Below, in pieces: positions 49,069-62,630 of a DNA stretch of 64,000 bases. The notes under the pieces were generated by a model. That model did not search any database, had not been told where the DNA came from, and worked only from the letters and a program-made list of their open reading frames with translations. Source of the stretch: Lama guanicoe (Eukaryota); assembly GCA_013239625.1 (NCBI GenBank), contig MU053810.1, positions 1,871,518-1,935,517 of the forward strand, in the 5' to 3' direction. Position numbers and translations under genes: made by a program. Numbering within the stretch: the first letter of the stretch is position 1; each line of letters opens with the position of its first letter.

Positions 49069-50799
49069 CCCAGGACTTGGGTCGGACTCAATGTACATCT
49101 GATTACCTTACACCAAATTAATCATGTGACTTTCATTTGGACATAAATGAAATTATTCCACTAGCATTAACACTGTCAGCTGATGGAATAACCGGTATAT
49201 GATTGTCTGAAACTGTAGTTTCATATTTTTCTTATAAATGCAGATATTTTGGTATTTTCCCCATAAACACAGATATTTCAGAGGAAATCATAAATCTTGA
49301 GTATTGTACTGCTTTACTCCATGCTTCTCTTTCTCACTCATCCATCTTTCATCTTCTTGGTTTAATCTTAGTGAGCATGTTATGAATGAGGCCTTTTTTC
49401 TGTTCAAATCTTTTCCAAGATTCCCTACCACTACAGAATTAAACTCAAACTCATTATCCTGATGGAGCTGATTTGTCTCTCCAGATTCATGGAGGAGTCA
49501 CCTGCCCCCCATGAAGTCTCAACTCTCATGCACGGAGAAAATTTCTCATAGATTTTTCATGATTGTTCTTCCAGCTTCTATGGACAATGTCTCCAAAAAT
49601 CTCAGAGATAAACTTTGAGGTCATGCATCCTATTTATATGTTACTCAATGTTTTCTTCACTGATCCAGATTTATCTTCATGACTTAATCTACAGGAACTC
49701 AGTGAGTTTTGTACATGATCCCTTCAGCAGGATATCATTTGAAGCTTTATTCGTGCTAGTTTCACTGTTTGAAATTCACATTCATCTTTTTTTTTTTTTA
49801 CAGGACTCACACCCATCTAGAGAGGACAATTCTTACGTGTGTAATTCCTGAACATTGTTGGACAGCTTTTTTTTTTTTTTGATTGAGAGTGGCCCACATT
49901 ATGAATTCTGCTCCCTAAAGTAGAAACCAATGGGGCCTTCCAGAGACCTTTGCTGCCAGGGTGCAGGTGTGAGACCTAGGCTCTGCCACCCAGGGCTTTG
50001 ATTCTGAAGGACATGTCAGGAGCAATTAGGTGAGTATGGCACCCCCTCTCAGTGGCCGTGGAGCCTGAGGGGTCTGCAGTGGCTGGGGGTCTGTTAGAGA
50101 GGCAGCCTCTCTGCGGAGTGTGGTTTAAGCTCAACCCTGAAGCATCTCAGAATGAGTAAAGCATGGGAAGAATCTGGAAAAGAGAATCCCGGGCATGCGG
50201 AAGAGCAAATGCCCAATTATGAGCTCCCAGCCAGGGAGGAAAGAGGAGACTTTGGGATCAGCCCAGGGGAAATCACAGTTGTAAGTAAAGGCCCATAAAT
50301 CTGAGTCATAGATGAAGAGTAGTGACCAGCTAGCCTTCGTCTTCCTCCCAGAAGAAGAGGATATTAGAAAATAAAGGATTTCATCTAGACTATTTTTCTC
50401 TGTGAAGAAAAATCACCCATGAGCACCCACTGTTCAGCCGACCTGACCCCCAAGGCGTTCAGTCTGGTCTCAAGCTGATCATACACATCAAATCTAGATT
50501 TCCAAAAAAGTGTCCGTTCATTACACAGGAACCTCAGTAGACCACACGTCTGGAAGTGTGGGTTGTGTTGGCAGTATTTGAAGACTTGGGCAGGCTATTA
50601 ACTTCTGGGGTCTGGTCATGTAAAGTTCTGTGGGGAAAAACTGGCCTGTGCCTGCCTAGCTTAGCATGCCCAGAATGGAAATGTCCTAATTCACTCATTT
50701 AAAATAAATAAACGCATACCCCATGTGAGCTGGATGAGTGTTCGCGAATGTTTACAATGGGGCCTAGTATATGGTAGCACAAGGATTACACGTTGCAAG

Positions 50800-51050
50800 T
50801 GTAATAATTACCACACTGCTAATACTGGGACAGGGTAGTCTCTCATTTCTAATTACAGTAGTAAAAACAATTTTTTATATATGTTAATTATATTTAAACT
50901 CAGAGCAACCCTATGAGATAAAATACTACTACTTCAATTTTATAGGTGGGGAATTTGAGGCTGGATCATAGAACTGGTTAGGGCTGAAATTAGAAGTTTA
51001 AATGCAACTGTGTGTCTTCTCACTCCAGGACCTGTGCTCCTAGCCACCTG
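50800..51050 (-). mobile_element. MIR
   Basis: ATTTAAACTCAGAGCAACCCTATGAGATA...ATTTTATAGGTGGGGAATTTGAGGCT. Confidence 0.65.
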
Positions 51051-51924
51051 CTATGCTGGCTCTATCAGTTAGAATTGCATTTAGTTGCAGCTGATAGATT
51101 TCATTTAGCTGCCTTGGTTAAACAGATAAATGTTTAATGATGTTCTTCTATTCATAACAAAAAAGAACAGAGGCAGGTTCTTTTTTGAACTGCTTCTTCA
51201 AATCTTTTCACTTTTATTTCATGCACATCACCTCATAGTCACAAGATGGCTGCTCATGCTCCTGCCATAAAGTTTGCATTGTCATCCAGAAGAAACATGG
51301 AAGCAAGGAGGGTAACACCAGCAGGTTGCACTCATGACTTATTGGTTAGACTGTGAAATGTGGCTATCCCAAAGATTCTAAAGAGGCTGGAAAAGTGGGT
51401 ACTTTAGCTATTCCGTTCTTTAGAGTATAAGCAGGTGCTGGAGAAGCAATTAAGACTTTGAGACATAGTGAAGGTTAAGTAGAGTTTCCTGCCAGGCAAG
51501 GCAGGAAAATACATGATCTAACAGAAAGGCATTAAGCCCGGTGGAACGAGGTTTTGGAGAAAGGAGTGGTACAGGGTTTTAAAAACCAAAACCAAAAATT
51601 GTCTCAGAGTCCAAACTGGGTTTGAACCTTCAATTGAGCTTCCAGATTACTTGAATCTAGATGATACAACTGAGTCACAGGGTCACAAGTGGATCTTCAG
51701 CCAATTTCTCTGTGCTGTCTAGTCAGTTTTCTGGGAAGTTTGTGTTCTGTTCCCTTGGTCTGAAGCCCTAATTATTTATCATCTTGTAATCTCTTATACA
51801 CTCTGGTCTCAGGGTTCAGTTAAGTCCTTATTTACTAAGCCTGGGTTTCACCAGGAGGAAGGCAAAAAGGGTTGGGAATGGAGGTCCGACTAGCCAAACA
51901 GCAGCCAGATCAACTCCAACAGAA

Positions 51925-52060
51925 CAGAGTGTCTTGAATTTCAATTTTCATGTGAATCACCAAGCAATCTGCTTAAAATGCAGACTGGGATTCAGAAATT
52001 CCAGGTTAGGACTGAGGTTCTGCATTTCTAATAAGAAATCTGAGGCGATGCCAGTGGTAA
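51925..52060. mobile_element. MER5-like fragment
   Basis: GAATCACC...TTAAAATGCAGACT..GATTCAG...CTGAGGTTCTGCATTTCTAATAAG. Confidence 0.65.
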
Positions 52061-52242
52061 AGTAGTAACACACGTAGTGTGGTCCAGAATCCTAGCTCCT
52101 GCCCTGTCCCCAGCTTCCCTCCAAGTAAGGAAAAAAATGTCATGTTTTTGCTCCTATGACAAGATATCATTTCTTTGTATAAAGTAAATTCTCTTCAGTG
52201 TATTCCAACATTTCAACAGTCCATGTGAAAGAGATAATCACT

Positions 52243-52394
52243 GGGGGTGGGTATGGCTCAGTGGTAAACCATGTACTTAGCAGGCATGAGGTCCTGGGTT
52301 CAATCTATTAAATACATACATACATACATACATACATAAATACATACCTAAATAAATCTAATTACCTCCCCGCCCCCCTCTAAAAAAAAAAAAA
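52243..52394 (+). mobile_element. Vic-1-like SINE with internal (TACA)n
   Basis: GGGGGTGGGTATGGCTCAGTGGTAAACC...GAGGTCCTGGGTTCAATC..(TACA)n..CTAATTACCTCCCC and a poly(A) tail. Confidence 0.88.
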
Positions 52395-52749
52395 GGAGGG
52401 TGGTTCCCCAAGTGCCTTGGCTTATGGAGAGACCTCCAGCTGGTTCTGTTTGGTCCTAACATACTTGGGTTTGGGATTCCCACTGATACCACCCCTTCCT
52501 CTAGGTCATCCTTCATTCTCAGTGACCTATGAGTGTCCTGGGCTGTTTTTATTTCAGCTTTATTGAGGTATCATTGTTCAATAAAATGGTAAGGTATTTA
52601 AAGTGTAGACATGAAAATTTGATATATGTATACTCTGTAAAAGAAATTCCCCCACTGAGTTAATTATCACCAGCAAGGGGCGGTCAACATAGCTTAGGTC
52701 AGAGGGATTCTGAGAAAAGTACTGGACATTTCCATTCTAAAATCAGGGG

Positions 52750-52900
52750 GGAATAAACAACAAGGTCCTGCTGTAGAGCTCAGGGAACTAATAACGTATA
52801 ATCAAAAAGAACATATATATGTTTAACTGAATCACTATGTTGTACACCAGAAACTAACACAGCATTGTAAATCAGCTATACTTCGATAAATGAATAAAAT
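52750..52900 (+). mobile_element. Cetartiodactyl-type L1 3' end
   Basis: AACAACAAGGTCCTGCTGTAGAGCTCAGGGAACTA...ACTGAATCACTATGTTGTACACCAGAAACTAACACAGCATTGTAAATC. Confidence 0.85.
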
Positions 52901-52939
52901 CAGGAGAGGACAACAAACACATAAAGAGAACAAAGAGAA

Positions 52940-53421
52940 TAAAATAGAAGGGTCTGAAATGCTACAATTTCCAAGGGAACAAGTTAGGCTTCTTACAGTT
53001 TCCAGAGACACAACCCCCACCCTCAGGTCAGAGATGAAGGCTGTCATCATTCACAGCACACAGGCAGCATGAGTTTCATGTTCACTTTGACCCCCCTGGT
53101 GCCCCAGGATTTTCAGGGGCAATGAGACAGACTTGGGTGTGTGCCATGCAGACAGTGGGTGTGTGTCACACTGAGGAGCCCCAAGATTAGGGGGAAACAC
53201 CCAATCTTACAAAGAAAGTCTGCAAGCCCACATACTTAAACTTTTGCCCCAGAGGGAGACATTTCTTTACTATCTTGGTCATGTGACAGATCTGCCCTCT
53301 GACCCAGAGGGAAACTCTCTCTAGTTTCCAAGGCTGTTCACTATACAAACATCCTTCAGAAGGTGGTCCAGAACCAACACCATCACAGATACGTAAATGC
53401 TACGGAGCACTGTCCCACGAC
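52940..53421 (-). mobile_element. ERV1-class LTR (MER110/MER89-like)
   Basis: TTCCAAGGCTGTTCACTATACAAACATCCTT and repeated CCCAGAGGGA.AC blocks; ends ...TGTCCCACGACA. Confidence 0.6.
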
Positions 53422-55461
53422 ACACACTTGTATCTTTTATATCTGCATGGAAGATGTAAAAAGGTGAAAGGAAGAGGCAGATTAGGGAGAAGAAATGGAA
53501 ATAATTTTAATACAGGATAGCTCTTTAGATTGTCATATTACTAACTTTATTAGCAACTCTTCTACTTGGCACAAGATAAGTCATACCAGTAAAGTGTCTC
53601 TCTTCATCTGAAACATCTGTGTTTAATACTTGTTTGCAAAGTTCTTTGCAGCTTTCCCCCCACCCCAGAGAGGGTTCATGGAGAAGAGGGAGGTTGCTGG
53701 AGATAATTTCCACCATGCTGCTCTGTTACAACAGAAAGTCAACAAAAACATTACAGTCTTTCACTTACTATTACTCTCGCTAATCAGCAGCTGAAAATTC
53801 AGTGCTTATCATTTAAGAAGCATTCCCTTAGCAATAAAAAACCTCTTTACTGCAGCTTCTCTTAATGAAGAGCCCGTACAACGGCTTCCCCCCACGAGAG
53901 ACAACGGGGTAAACAGAAGCACATAAGCATCTTCAGTTAAGTTCCAGACACTGGCGCCAACATGAAACTCTCCGGTAAAAGCACATTTGCCCTTGCTCTG
54001 CCCTCCAGCCTCCTGCTGGGCCATTTTAGTTCTCAATGATGCCTAATGAGTCTCCTCTTAATAGTACAAGCCTCCCCTCAACGTCGCTCACATACAAAGG
54101 AATCCGAAAATCCTCCGAGCTACAAATCGAGAGCTATTATTTCGGTCCTCTCCTTCTTCAGGGCAGCTTGTTTCTGAAGTTGTAACAGCATCAGACCTGG
54201 TGGAAATTAGGTGCGCAAGGATCTGAGGAGAGGCTCCTGAATCAATTTCACTTTACAGCCCTACAGGCGAGAAGATGAGGGCTTGACTTACTTGAGTGGT
54301 AAATCCTTGGGTGTTCTTAAAGCTGTCAATCGTGAACTAAACTTGGCAAAAAAATCCGCTGGAGAGCTTTGAAGAATGAAAAGGAACTGATGCTATATTG
54401 CCTTGAAAACTACTATAACAAGAAAAAGGCTGAATTACACTTGATTGAAGACACAGTTGGAATAAGTACCCTTAGAGCTATGATTTTTCATTTCAACCTA
54501 CAGGCTTTATGCTACTTTCCAAGTCTCTGTGACAGCCAACAGCGAGTTAACCACTTGGTTTGATATTCATGCTTGTGTGTTTGTTGGGAGCTGGTGGGAG
54601 GGAAGCGCAGAAACCTCTTTTTGATCCATGGAAGAAAAACATAATTTAATTTGTGCTATTTGAAGTGAGTTTAAAGTGGTATCTGGATTTTCTCAATATG
54701 TATCTGCTTCGAAAAGTGAAAACTTTTACAAATGGGAAAAGAGCCAGTAGTGAGCTCCGTGAGTCATGCTTTTTTTTTTTTCCAAATAGAAAATCTAGTT
54801 TCACTCAAATCCAGTTTGATTAAAATTCCCATAGTGATCTGAAATTTTTAAACTACACAAATTAACTAAGTCTTTAATGTCAGTCTTAATTATCAGAAAA
54901 TTATTACGATTGAAAAACTCATTTTGCACAGACTAATTTTGGCCGTGGCTAGTTCCTCGTTGTGTGGAAAATGCAGGTGGAACTCAAGAGTAGATATTAT
55001 TTTTATAAAAATATCCAATTGGTCCCAACATTGATTTTAACTATTAGTGGTCACTAAAAGAGAGACCAAAATAACATGAACTCATTTTTTTTTCCAGCCC
55101 CTTAAAGGTGGATTTAAGGATCTTTCAATTTTTTCTCTCAACAGTCAAGGAACATAACAAAAATAATTTGCCAAACAGGAGGAAATCTATCTGTATTTTT
55201 CTTTTTTTTCTTTTGTAAATTTTGGATCACCATTATTTTGTTCTTTAAAAAAAATCAAAAGAAAAGAATTGTGTCTGATGAAACACAATTAGAGAGGAAA
55301 AAAGATTTTTAATGTCAACAAACCAAGAGAGTAATTTTAGTCCAAAGAACTGAGGGCCTCCGAGATGCCATATTGATACCCTTGGCCATCTCCTCACCTC
55401 TCAAGACAATAGTCCACAAAGCTTCTCACTTTTCTTCATTGAGAAATTTCATACCTTGGAA

Positions 55462-55934
55462 TGAGTTTCTTATTGCCACTCTAACAAATTACCACTGACT
55501 TAGTGGCCTAAAACAACACAAATTTATTTTCTGGCAATTCTGACATTTCGGAAACCCGAAATCGGTTTCACTGGTCCTAAGTTAAGTTGTTGGCAGGACT
55601 GGATCCTCTTGGAGCCTCTGAGGAGAGAATCCAGTTCCTTGCCTTTTTTCAGTTTCTCGTGCCCGCCTGTATCCCTCAGTTTGTGGCCCCTGCCTCCACC
55701 GTCAGAATGCAGCCCTCCAGTCTCTACCTCCATCATTACGTCACCTTCTCCCTCGAGAAGGTCTCCCTCTTAGAAGGACTATTGTGATTAGCCAGCCCAT
55801 CTGGATAATCCAGGCTACTCTCTCCTTCATTCGATCTTGTCTGTAAAGTCCCTTTTACCATGTCAGGTAACGTTGTCAGGGTCCAGAGATTAGAACATGG
55901 ACATATTTGGGAGGACATTATTCAGCTTACCACA
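55462..55934 (-). mobile_element. MLT1D-like LTR
   Basis: TAACAAATTACCAC..CTTAGTGGCCTAAAACAACACAAATTTATT...GGATAATCCAGG...ATTATTCAGCTTACCACA. Confidence 0.9.
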
Positions 55935-56529
55935 CTCCCATACTTTATTTTTAAATTACTAGTAAGTCTTAAGCCAGATTGCTAGTTCATACTTCTAATA
56001 CATTGTAACTACCTCCTGATTAGCTTGTCTACTCAGAGGCGAGGTGAAGGTGGCATTAAGAAGTATGCGTACCCCTTGGGCATGAACTCCCGGGGTGCCA
56101 GCGGATGCCACCGAAGGCTTCCATTCCAATTTTGTTCTGAGTTAATAACTTTACATTTGTTGTGCATGGAGTGTATAAAAATGTTCCCAAATTTTGCTCA
56201 CATATGTATTCATTTCTCTGCAAATAGCAACCCCAGATAGGGAGAAAGGGCTGGAACATGGTGCATTGTCTTCGGTACCATTTATCCTCATGGCATCAGC
56301 ATACTTGCTTCACTATCTCCCCTCTGTTACCAGCCCTACATTGCAAAACCAGATCCGCTCTCAAATCACAGGACAGTGGCTTGTCAACAATTAAAAATGA
56401 AAGAGAACAAAACAGTCAATGGCCACAGTTGTTGCCGACAGCTGTGATTCTCAAACTTACGAAGTTGAACAGTAACTGGGAGTCGTGTTACTTCAAAAAC
56501 GTCATAAATGAAAAAAAAAAACCCATTTT

Positions 56530-56715
56530 ATCCCCAGATAGACCTGGGATTAAATTTTGAAATCTCATTTTCTTAGCTAGTCACCCTTGGGAAGGATGCA
56601 TGTCTTCTCTGAGCCTTTGTCCCTACTCTGTGGTTTTTATTGAGAGAATAAAATGAGATGTTTCACGAAAAATACTTAGCACGGCACCTGGCACTTGGTA
56701 GGGGCTCAAAAATCT
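56530..56715 (+). mobile_element. MIR
   Basis: AGACCTGGGATTAAAT...CCTTGGG..TCTCTGAGCCT...AAATGAGAT..CTTAGCACGGCACCTGGCAC. Confidence 0.75.
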
Positions 56716-57399
56716 TAACTCTTTCCCTCTCCTCCCCTCCCCTTCAGTGAAATTCTGTGCTCTTCACAGAAAACCATAAAATAGAAACTATTCGGACTAG
56801 AGTAATATTCGTAGCAGACTCTGTGACTATGTGATACAAAATATAAACTGTAAGGGCAAGTTCTTAAGAAAAAAAAAGCCATCACACTAAGCCCAGTTAC
56901 TAATTCTACACTTGAGGGTGAGTAATCTTTTGTTATTTCTCCATATATTGACATCGGCAAATATTTGCTAGAAAAGAAGCATCCCCAGTGGGTGGCAAAC
57001 ATTTGAAGAAAATATTTTGGATGGAAAAACTGCAAAAAAAAAATAGGGGGAGGAATACTCATTCATTAGGTTTTTAACACACTGGAAAAAGTCTGACAGT
57101 ATTTGATTTTTAACCTCAGAGCATCTTAGTACAAGTCACAAAATGAAAATATACCGTGGAAGTGGGATGTCAAGATCCTATCCAATAAAATCCAAATTGC
57201 TCATCCTGACCTTCAGCATGCCCTCACTCGGGCCCCAACTTGTCTTTTCAAAGTTTTCTCCCTGGAAACCCTCTGTCTCTCTCAGATTAGTCCGAAAGCC
57301 CCTGGCTAATTGCCTTTCTGCCTGTCATTCTGCTGGCTGCTCCCTCGTTTCCATGTCAAGGTGACAAATTCAAATGCCACAGCTCCAGGCTTTGAGGAA

Positions 57400-57585
57400 A
57401 TGCAGACTCAGAGTGACCAGATCTCACAATTTTTCAAGAGAAGCCAGGACTCCAGAATTTGGCATAGACGTTTCCAATTTTTAAATATTTACAACTCATC
57501 AAAAATGTTTAAAAACTGGATGAGGCAAGGAAAATATACCTGCAGGCTAGCGTGCAGCCCGGTCTCTCCTAAGCAGCTCTGATCT
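57400..57585. mobile_element. MER102-like hAT fragment
   Basis: TTTTTCAAGAGAAGCCAG...CCAATTTTTAAAT..CAACT...CTGCAGGC. Confidence 0.55.
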
Positions 57586-58529
57586 CTGCAGATCAGGAAG
57601 GCTCCATCCTGACACGAGCCCACCTCCACCCCGTCCCATCCTCTTGTTCCTCCGGCCCTTCCTCTCTCTCTAGCACTCAGTTACAGGCTGACTTAAACTG
57701 TCACTTGATCATTTCTCTTTTAAGTTCTTGGGGCACAGTAATCATATACCAAAAGGATTTCTGTCTTGGACTCTTTTTCTTAATTCAGAACACACAGCTT
57801 TTGAACGGATTAAATTCCTCATATCAGAGCTTCTTTCCCACGTTCCACTGACATAATGGTCAACATCTGTTTATCCAATGCATTTTCTTTTTTGTTTGTT
57901 TTTACTTCCTCACACTTTTGCTACTCAATCACGTAAAAATGTTACACTTTTACCCTAATTCAAGGCGGGCACAATGGACAAATATAGATGAAAATATGTG
58001 AATTTAGACTCAAGATTGCTCTGCCCGTCAGACTGATGCATGTTTCTGTACACACAGGACTTAGGGAAAAGACTGGTGGGTGGAATTGTCTGGGAAGCTT
58101 TTTCTGAGTTATTTATTCATAATTTGCTTTGACATTTTATTTGGGGTATTGATACATTATGCCAGAAAACCAAAACTATATTCAATTATAATACCCAAAC
58201 ATTCTAAACTAAATTCATATTATTTATCCACTGTGATGGTGACGTATCATTTGGATTTTACGTACCATGGTTGGCTTTCTTTTCTATGGGAAACTGAGGA
58301 AATGTCTATATGTTGAGACAAAAAACTCTACTTCTGTTTTAATTCATGTCCTTCCTTCCTTAACCATGTACAATGCATCCTTTAAGTTTTATAATGTCCC
58401 CATTATTGGTCCTGGTGTCTTTTGTGCATAGTTCAAATTGCTGTCCACGTTGTAAAGCAAAGTGCTTCTGTTTTTGTAACAAGTTTGGGCTCTCAGTTTA
58501 CAGGGACAGCAAGGCATAATCAGAGGACA

Positions 58530-58690
58530 CAAGATTCATACAAAGTCCCGCTTACGTGGGGGACTAATTGTTTTGAAGCCTCTGTTTTCTCACCTATAAG
58601 ATGAGAGTAGTAGTACTTAGCTAATGGAGGCATTATGAGAATTCAGAGGTTTAGTAAAAGAACAAGCATTAAAAAATGGGAGCTATTAAT
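58530..58690 (+). mobile_element. MIR
   Basis: AGCCTCTGTTTTCTCACCTATAAGATGAGAGTAGTAGTAC...TATGAGAATT. Confidence 0.6.
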
Positions 58691-59379
58691 CCTTTTTCCT
58701 TCCCCGCCACCTCCTTTCTACTCTACTGAAGTGAGAAACCTACAGAGTATGGCCACCCTTTCCCCAAAAAGCTATGGAATCTGGAGAAAAGCCTTTTTAT
58801 TTAGTGTCACATCCCATTTGTAATTTCTCTCTATGAGGCTACTTCAAATATTGTTCAATATTTCTTTCATCCATTTATTCATTGAAAAAATATTTGTTTC
58901 TCCTTTGAGTTATTTGAAGAATGAATAAATAAAAGCTATCATGTAAATGGAGTCCACTCAACTAACAGCAAAGTTTAGTGAGTTAGATTACTCACAGTGC
59001 ATTGAAACACAATTTAATAATTAGAGTGAGGAGGTCAGTATGTTTAGGTTCTTCTAGAAATGGGCAAACTTTAAATTCAGGAAGGAAGAAGAATTGCTGT
59101 TTACAAGGTGCAAAACTAACGGGGAAAGCTTTGTGTGTCCTAATTTAACCATGAGTTAACCACGAGCTGGCAGTTTGATCATTGGAAAAGAAAGTCAAAT
59201 TTTATTATCATATTACCGTAATTACCTTAAGACAGATACTTATAATAAAGTCAGTATTATTCATTCAAGAGTGAATTGAAGGCATTAAGTACTTCCAATG
59301 AGCTAAACATGAGGAAAGCACCTTCAATGGATAAATCTAGTATCGTGTCTAGCTCGAGCAGGGATTCCTCAAGAGAAAA

Positions 59380-59650
59380 TGGGGCCCAAAGGATGGATTT
59401 TCTTACCAAGATAAATGATAGGAGAAAACAATGGAAATTAATGGGTTAGCTTAGAAAGGAGAAGACTAAGAAATAAATAATTGACTTCAAAATATAAAGG
59501 GTTTCAATGGGAAAAGCAACAGAAGATTTTTAATTACCACTGCCAAGTGTGAACGACAAAATTGACCCAAAGACAGAGAGATTTCTGAGGAAATAAAGGC
59601 AGATCTCCCAGAGAGGGGCTAAAATACAAGGAGTTCTGAGGAAGGTCCCA
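59380..59650 (+). mobile_element. Possible L3/CR1 fragment
   Basis: TTAGCTTAGAAAGGAGAAGACTAAG...CTTCAAAATATAAAGGG resembles the CR1 3' ORF region. Confidence 0.4.
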
Positions 59651-60189
59651 TACCTTCTGTCCAGGATCCTCTGAGGGGAGAGCCATCAGTCACAGTCAGA
59701 TATTTTCAACTTTCATCCACATTGAAAGTGTGTGACTTAATTACAAGGTTGAAAGAAAGCATCAAAGAATCTTCCTATGTGATCCCTCCCAGACAAATGG
59801 CTCAAAAGATCCTTGGAAACAGTTATTCACCCTTTACTTTAAAATCTTTGGAGAGGCAGTTTACTCCCTACCCACTGATAATACATCATACTGTCTTTTT
59901 TTCTTCTTTAAGCTACACTGTTTCTTGATGTATACCCCGAATTACTAGCCAGAAGAATGCAACTGACCTCAACAGTTCTGGGTGCCCAGCTATTAAGGAA
60001 AGCCTGAAGTGTCAAAAACCAACTTGGAGATTGTGTTCCCGACTGGTGAATTCCCATTCCTGGGGCACAAATGATAAACATCACCTGCTTTTCTTTTCAG
60101 TCACTCTTGGGCAAAATTTCATGCCAGAAAAATATATCCTTTCAAATAATTAGAGTTTTTTTCTTTTTTTATTTTTGAGGTATAGAGTT

Positions 60190-60630
60190 TATTTTTTTTT
60201 AATTGAAGTATGGTTGATTTACAATGTTGTGTCAGTTCCTGGTGTACAGCATAGTAATTCCATTATACACATATATGTTATTTTTTATATTCTTTATTAT
60301 TATTATAGGTTATTACAAGATATTAAATATGGTTCCCTGTGCTAAACAGTAAGACCTTGTTTATCTATTTTATATATAGTAGTTAGTATCCACAAATCCC
60401 GGACTCCTAATTTATCCTTCTCCCTCCTTCCCCTCTGGTAACTGTAAGTTTGTTTTCTATATCTGTGAGTCTGTTTCTGTTTTGGAAATAAGTTCATTAG
60501 TGCCATTTTTTTTTAGATTCTACATGTAAGTGATACCATATGATATTTGTCTCTGTCTGACTTACTTCACTTAGGATGATCATCTCTAGGTCCATCCATG
60601 CTGCTGCAAATGGCATTGTTTCCTTCATGT
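60190..60630 (-). mobile_element. Cetartiodactyl/camelid-type L1 3' end
   Basis: TTTAATTGAAGTATGGTTGATTTACAATGTTG...GGTTCCCTGTGCTA...CTGACTTACTTCACTTAGGATG..GGTCCATCCATG. Confidence 0.9.
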
Positions 60631-60811
60631 GTATAACTCATAGAGTCATTTCTAATTTATTTTATTGGAAAGGACTTGTATAATTAAAGGTTACCTAGAT
60701 TCTTATGCGTGAGAGGTGCAGACTAGGAGAGATGAATGGCCTGAAATTTAAAGTTAGGACAAGTCCGCTGGTGAGTTACTGTTACAGCTGGAGCTTCTTC
60801 TAGCTCTAAAG

Positions 60812-60940
60812 ATCATATAATTCATCATCCAAACTGAAGCACTTTTGAGAGTGAACCATTGGGGAGCTACTAATTATTACAGCAGGCAACAGGCACGAAC
60901 TGGGCCTACCCCAGAGAACTGGGATGTGTGGTAACCCTAC
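60812..60940. mobile_element. MER94-like hAT MITE
   Basis: ATATAATTCATCATCCAAACTG..CACTTTTGAGAGTGAA...CTGGGATGTGTGGTAACCCTA. Confidence 0.7.
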
Positions 60941-62244
60941 CAATAACCAAACTTCTCATGCAACAAAAATGATGGTCAGACTTCTTTAAGTTACACTAAA
61001 AAATTAACTTATCTGCCGCATGATGTATAGACACCTAGCATGTCTACCTCAAAGATTTGTAAAATCAGGAACAATACTGATGGCCAAGGATATGTGTATT
61101 TTTACACTTAGTACCAGAGGAAGTGGAGGAAATGCTCATTGACTAGGACACATCTCTTAATCTTTCATTAAACTCAAAGAAGCAGTGTTTAAAAAGAAAC
61201 ATGGTCATTGCATTCCCAAGGGTTATTAATTAGAACTTCTTGAACTCATCTCCCATCAGAAGACTGTGATCCTTAGCCTAACACAAACAGCATTGCATTC
61301 CCCTATGTGTATACTTTGCGCTTTATGCCAGAGACCTCTGAATCGGTAAATTAGCTCTCGTGAAATCAGATGATGCACTGCAATTGCTTACACAAAGCAA
61401 CTTTTCTACGTGACTCTGGCACAAGATCCTTAAAAACAACTCTTCCTCCAAATCAGCGTAATTGTATTTCCAATATGCACTACTCTCCTGAGAGATGTGC
61501 TTGTTTTAAATATCGGTTAGTCTTGCTAGCTAGTGTGTAGAGAATATTCTAGTAGCTGGCCCTAATTGTCACTGTGTCATTCCCCTCAGACACCTTCTTT
61601 CCTTCCCATTTCTCTAGTTACTATCCCAGTTCAAGTATCTGAGGATCACTCAGTGAGTCCAGTTTCCTCATCTGTAAAGTGAGAGGTTTAGACTAGATAA
61701 GGTGTAGGTCTGTCTGGCTTTAAATTTTTACATTAAATCCCATTGGAACCATTTGAAAGTGCCTCCCCCGAAAAGCCTTCCCACCTTTTATTTCTTCCCA
61801 GATTGGATTCACTAACACATGACGTCACAACATTCTGCTTCAGATGCCATTTTCATTTCTGAATACTCTGCTCCGGAAACCAGTGGGGCTCTTTACTGCT
61901 GACTCTAACGAAAGCAGATTTCTTACTATAGAATATAAGACCCCCAAACACTGATTTTCCACTTCCCAGCTCATCTCTGACTGTTCCCTCGCAGCCCCTC
62001 TTAAGTAGCCAGCCCAAATAGCTCACCCCTAGGAAGCATATGTTTTCTAGTTTTCAACAGACTTTTGTTTACACTTCTTTCCCAATTTGCGGTACCCTCT
62101 CTTTCCTTTACAATCAATTTATACTTATTACATACTTCAAAACTCAAAAAACTTTTTCTTCTAAATATTTTACCTTAATTGCCTTCCTTGTGACAATGCA
62201 TTAGATTGATTTTCTATTTTTATTTTATATATACATAATGATAG

Positions 62245-62417
62245 CATTTATTCAGGAAATATAGATTTGGGGCAGGAGGCAATTACTGTTTTCAAGGCAC
62301 GGTGGAAAAAGCTGGGAACAAAACAAGACAGTGAAAGTTCTTGCCCTGGTGGAGCTTCTATTTGATGGAGAAGACAGACTACAAGCAGTTAATGAGTGCT
62401 AAGTAGTGAAGTATAGC

Positions 62418-62456
<39 letters not shown>

Positions 62457-62630
62457 CCACAGAAGAAAGTAGCTGAGGAGGTGGCATTTGCACAAACACC
62501 TGAAAAAATCAGGAAGCAAATCATCTGAAAGTCTAAGAGAATAGTTTTCTGGAGAAGATCAAGGGTAAGGGCCCAGGAGTGAGAACAAGGTTTGAGTAGC
62601 AAGAAGATTGGATAGCTGGAGCCAAAGTCC
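62245..62630 (-). mobile_element. L2 fragment containing an (AAT)12 microsatellite at 62418-62455
   Basis: AACAAAACAAGACA..TCTTGCCCTGGTGGAGCTT...TGAGGAGGTGGCATTTG. Confidence 0.75.

Noticed and set aside
62399..62602. Poly-Leu ORF
   Set aside because: Artefact of (AAT)n in L2.
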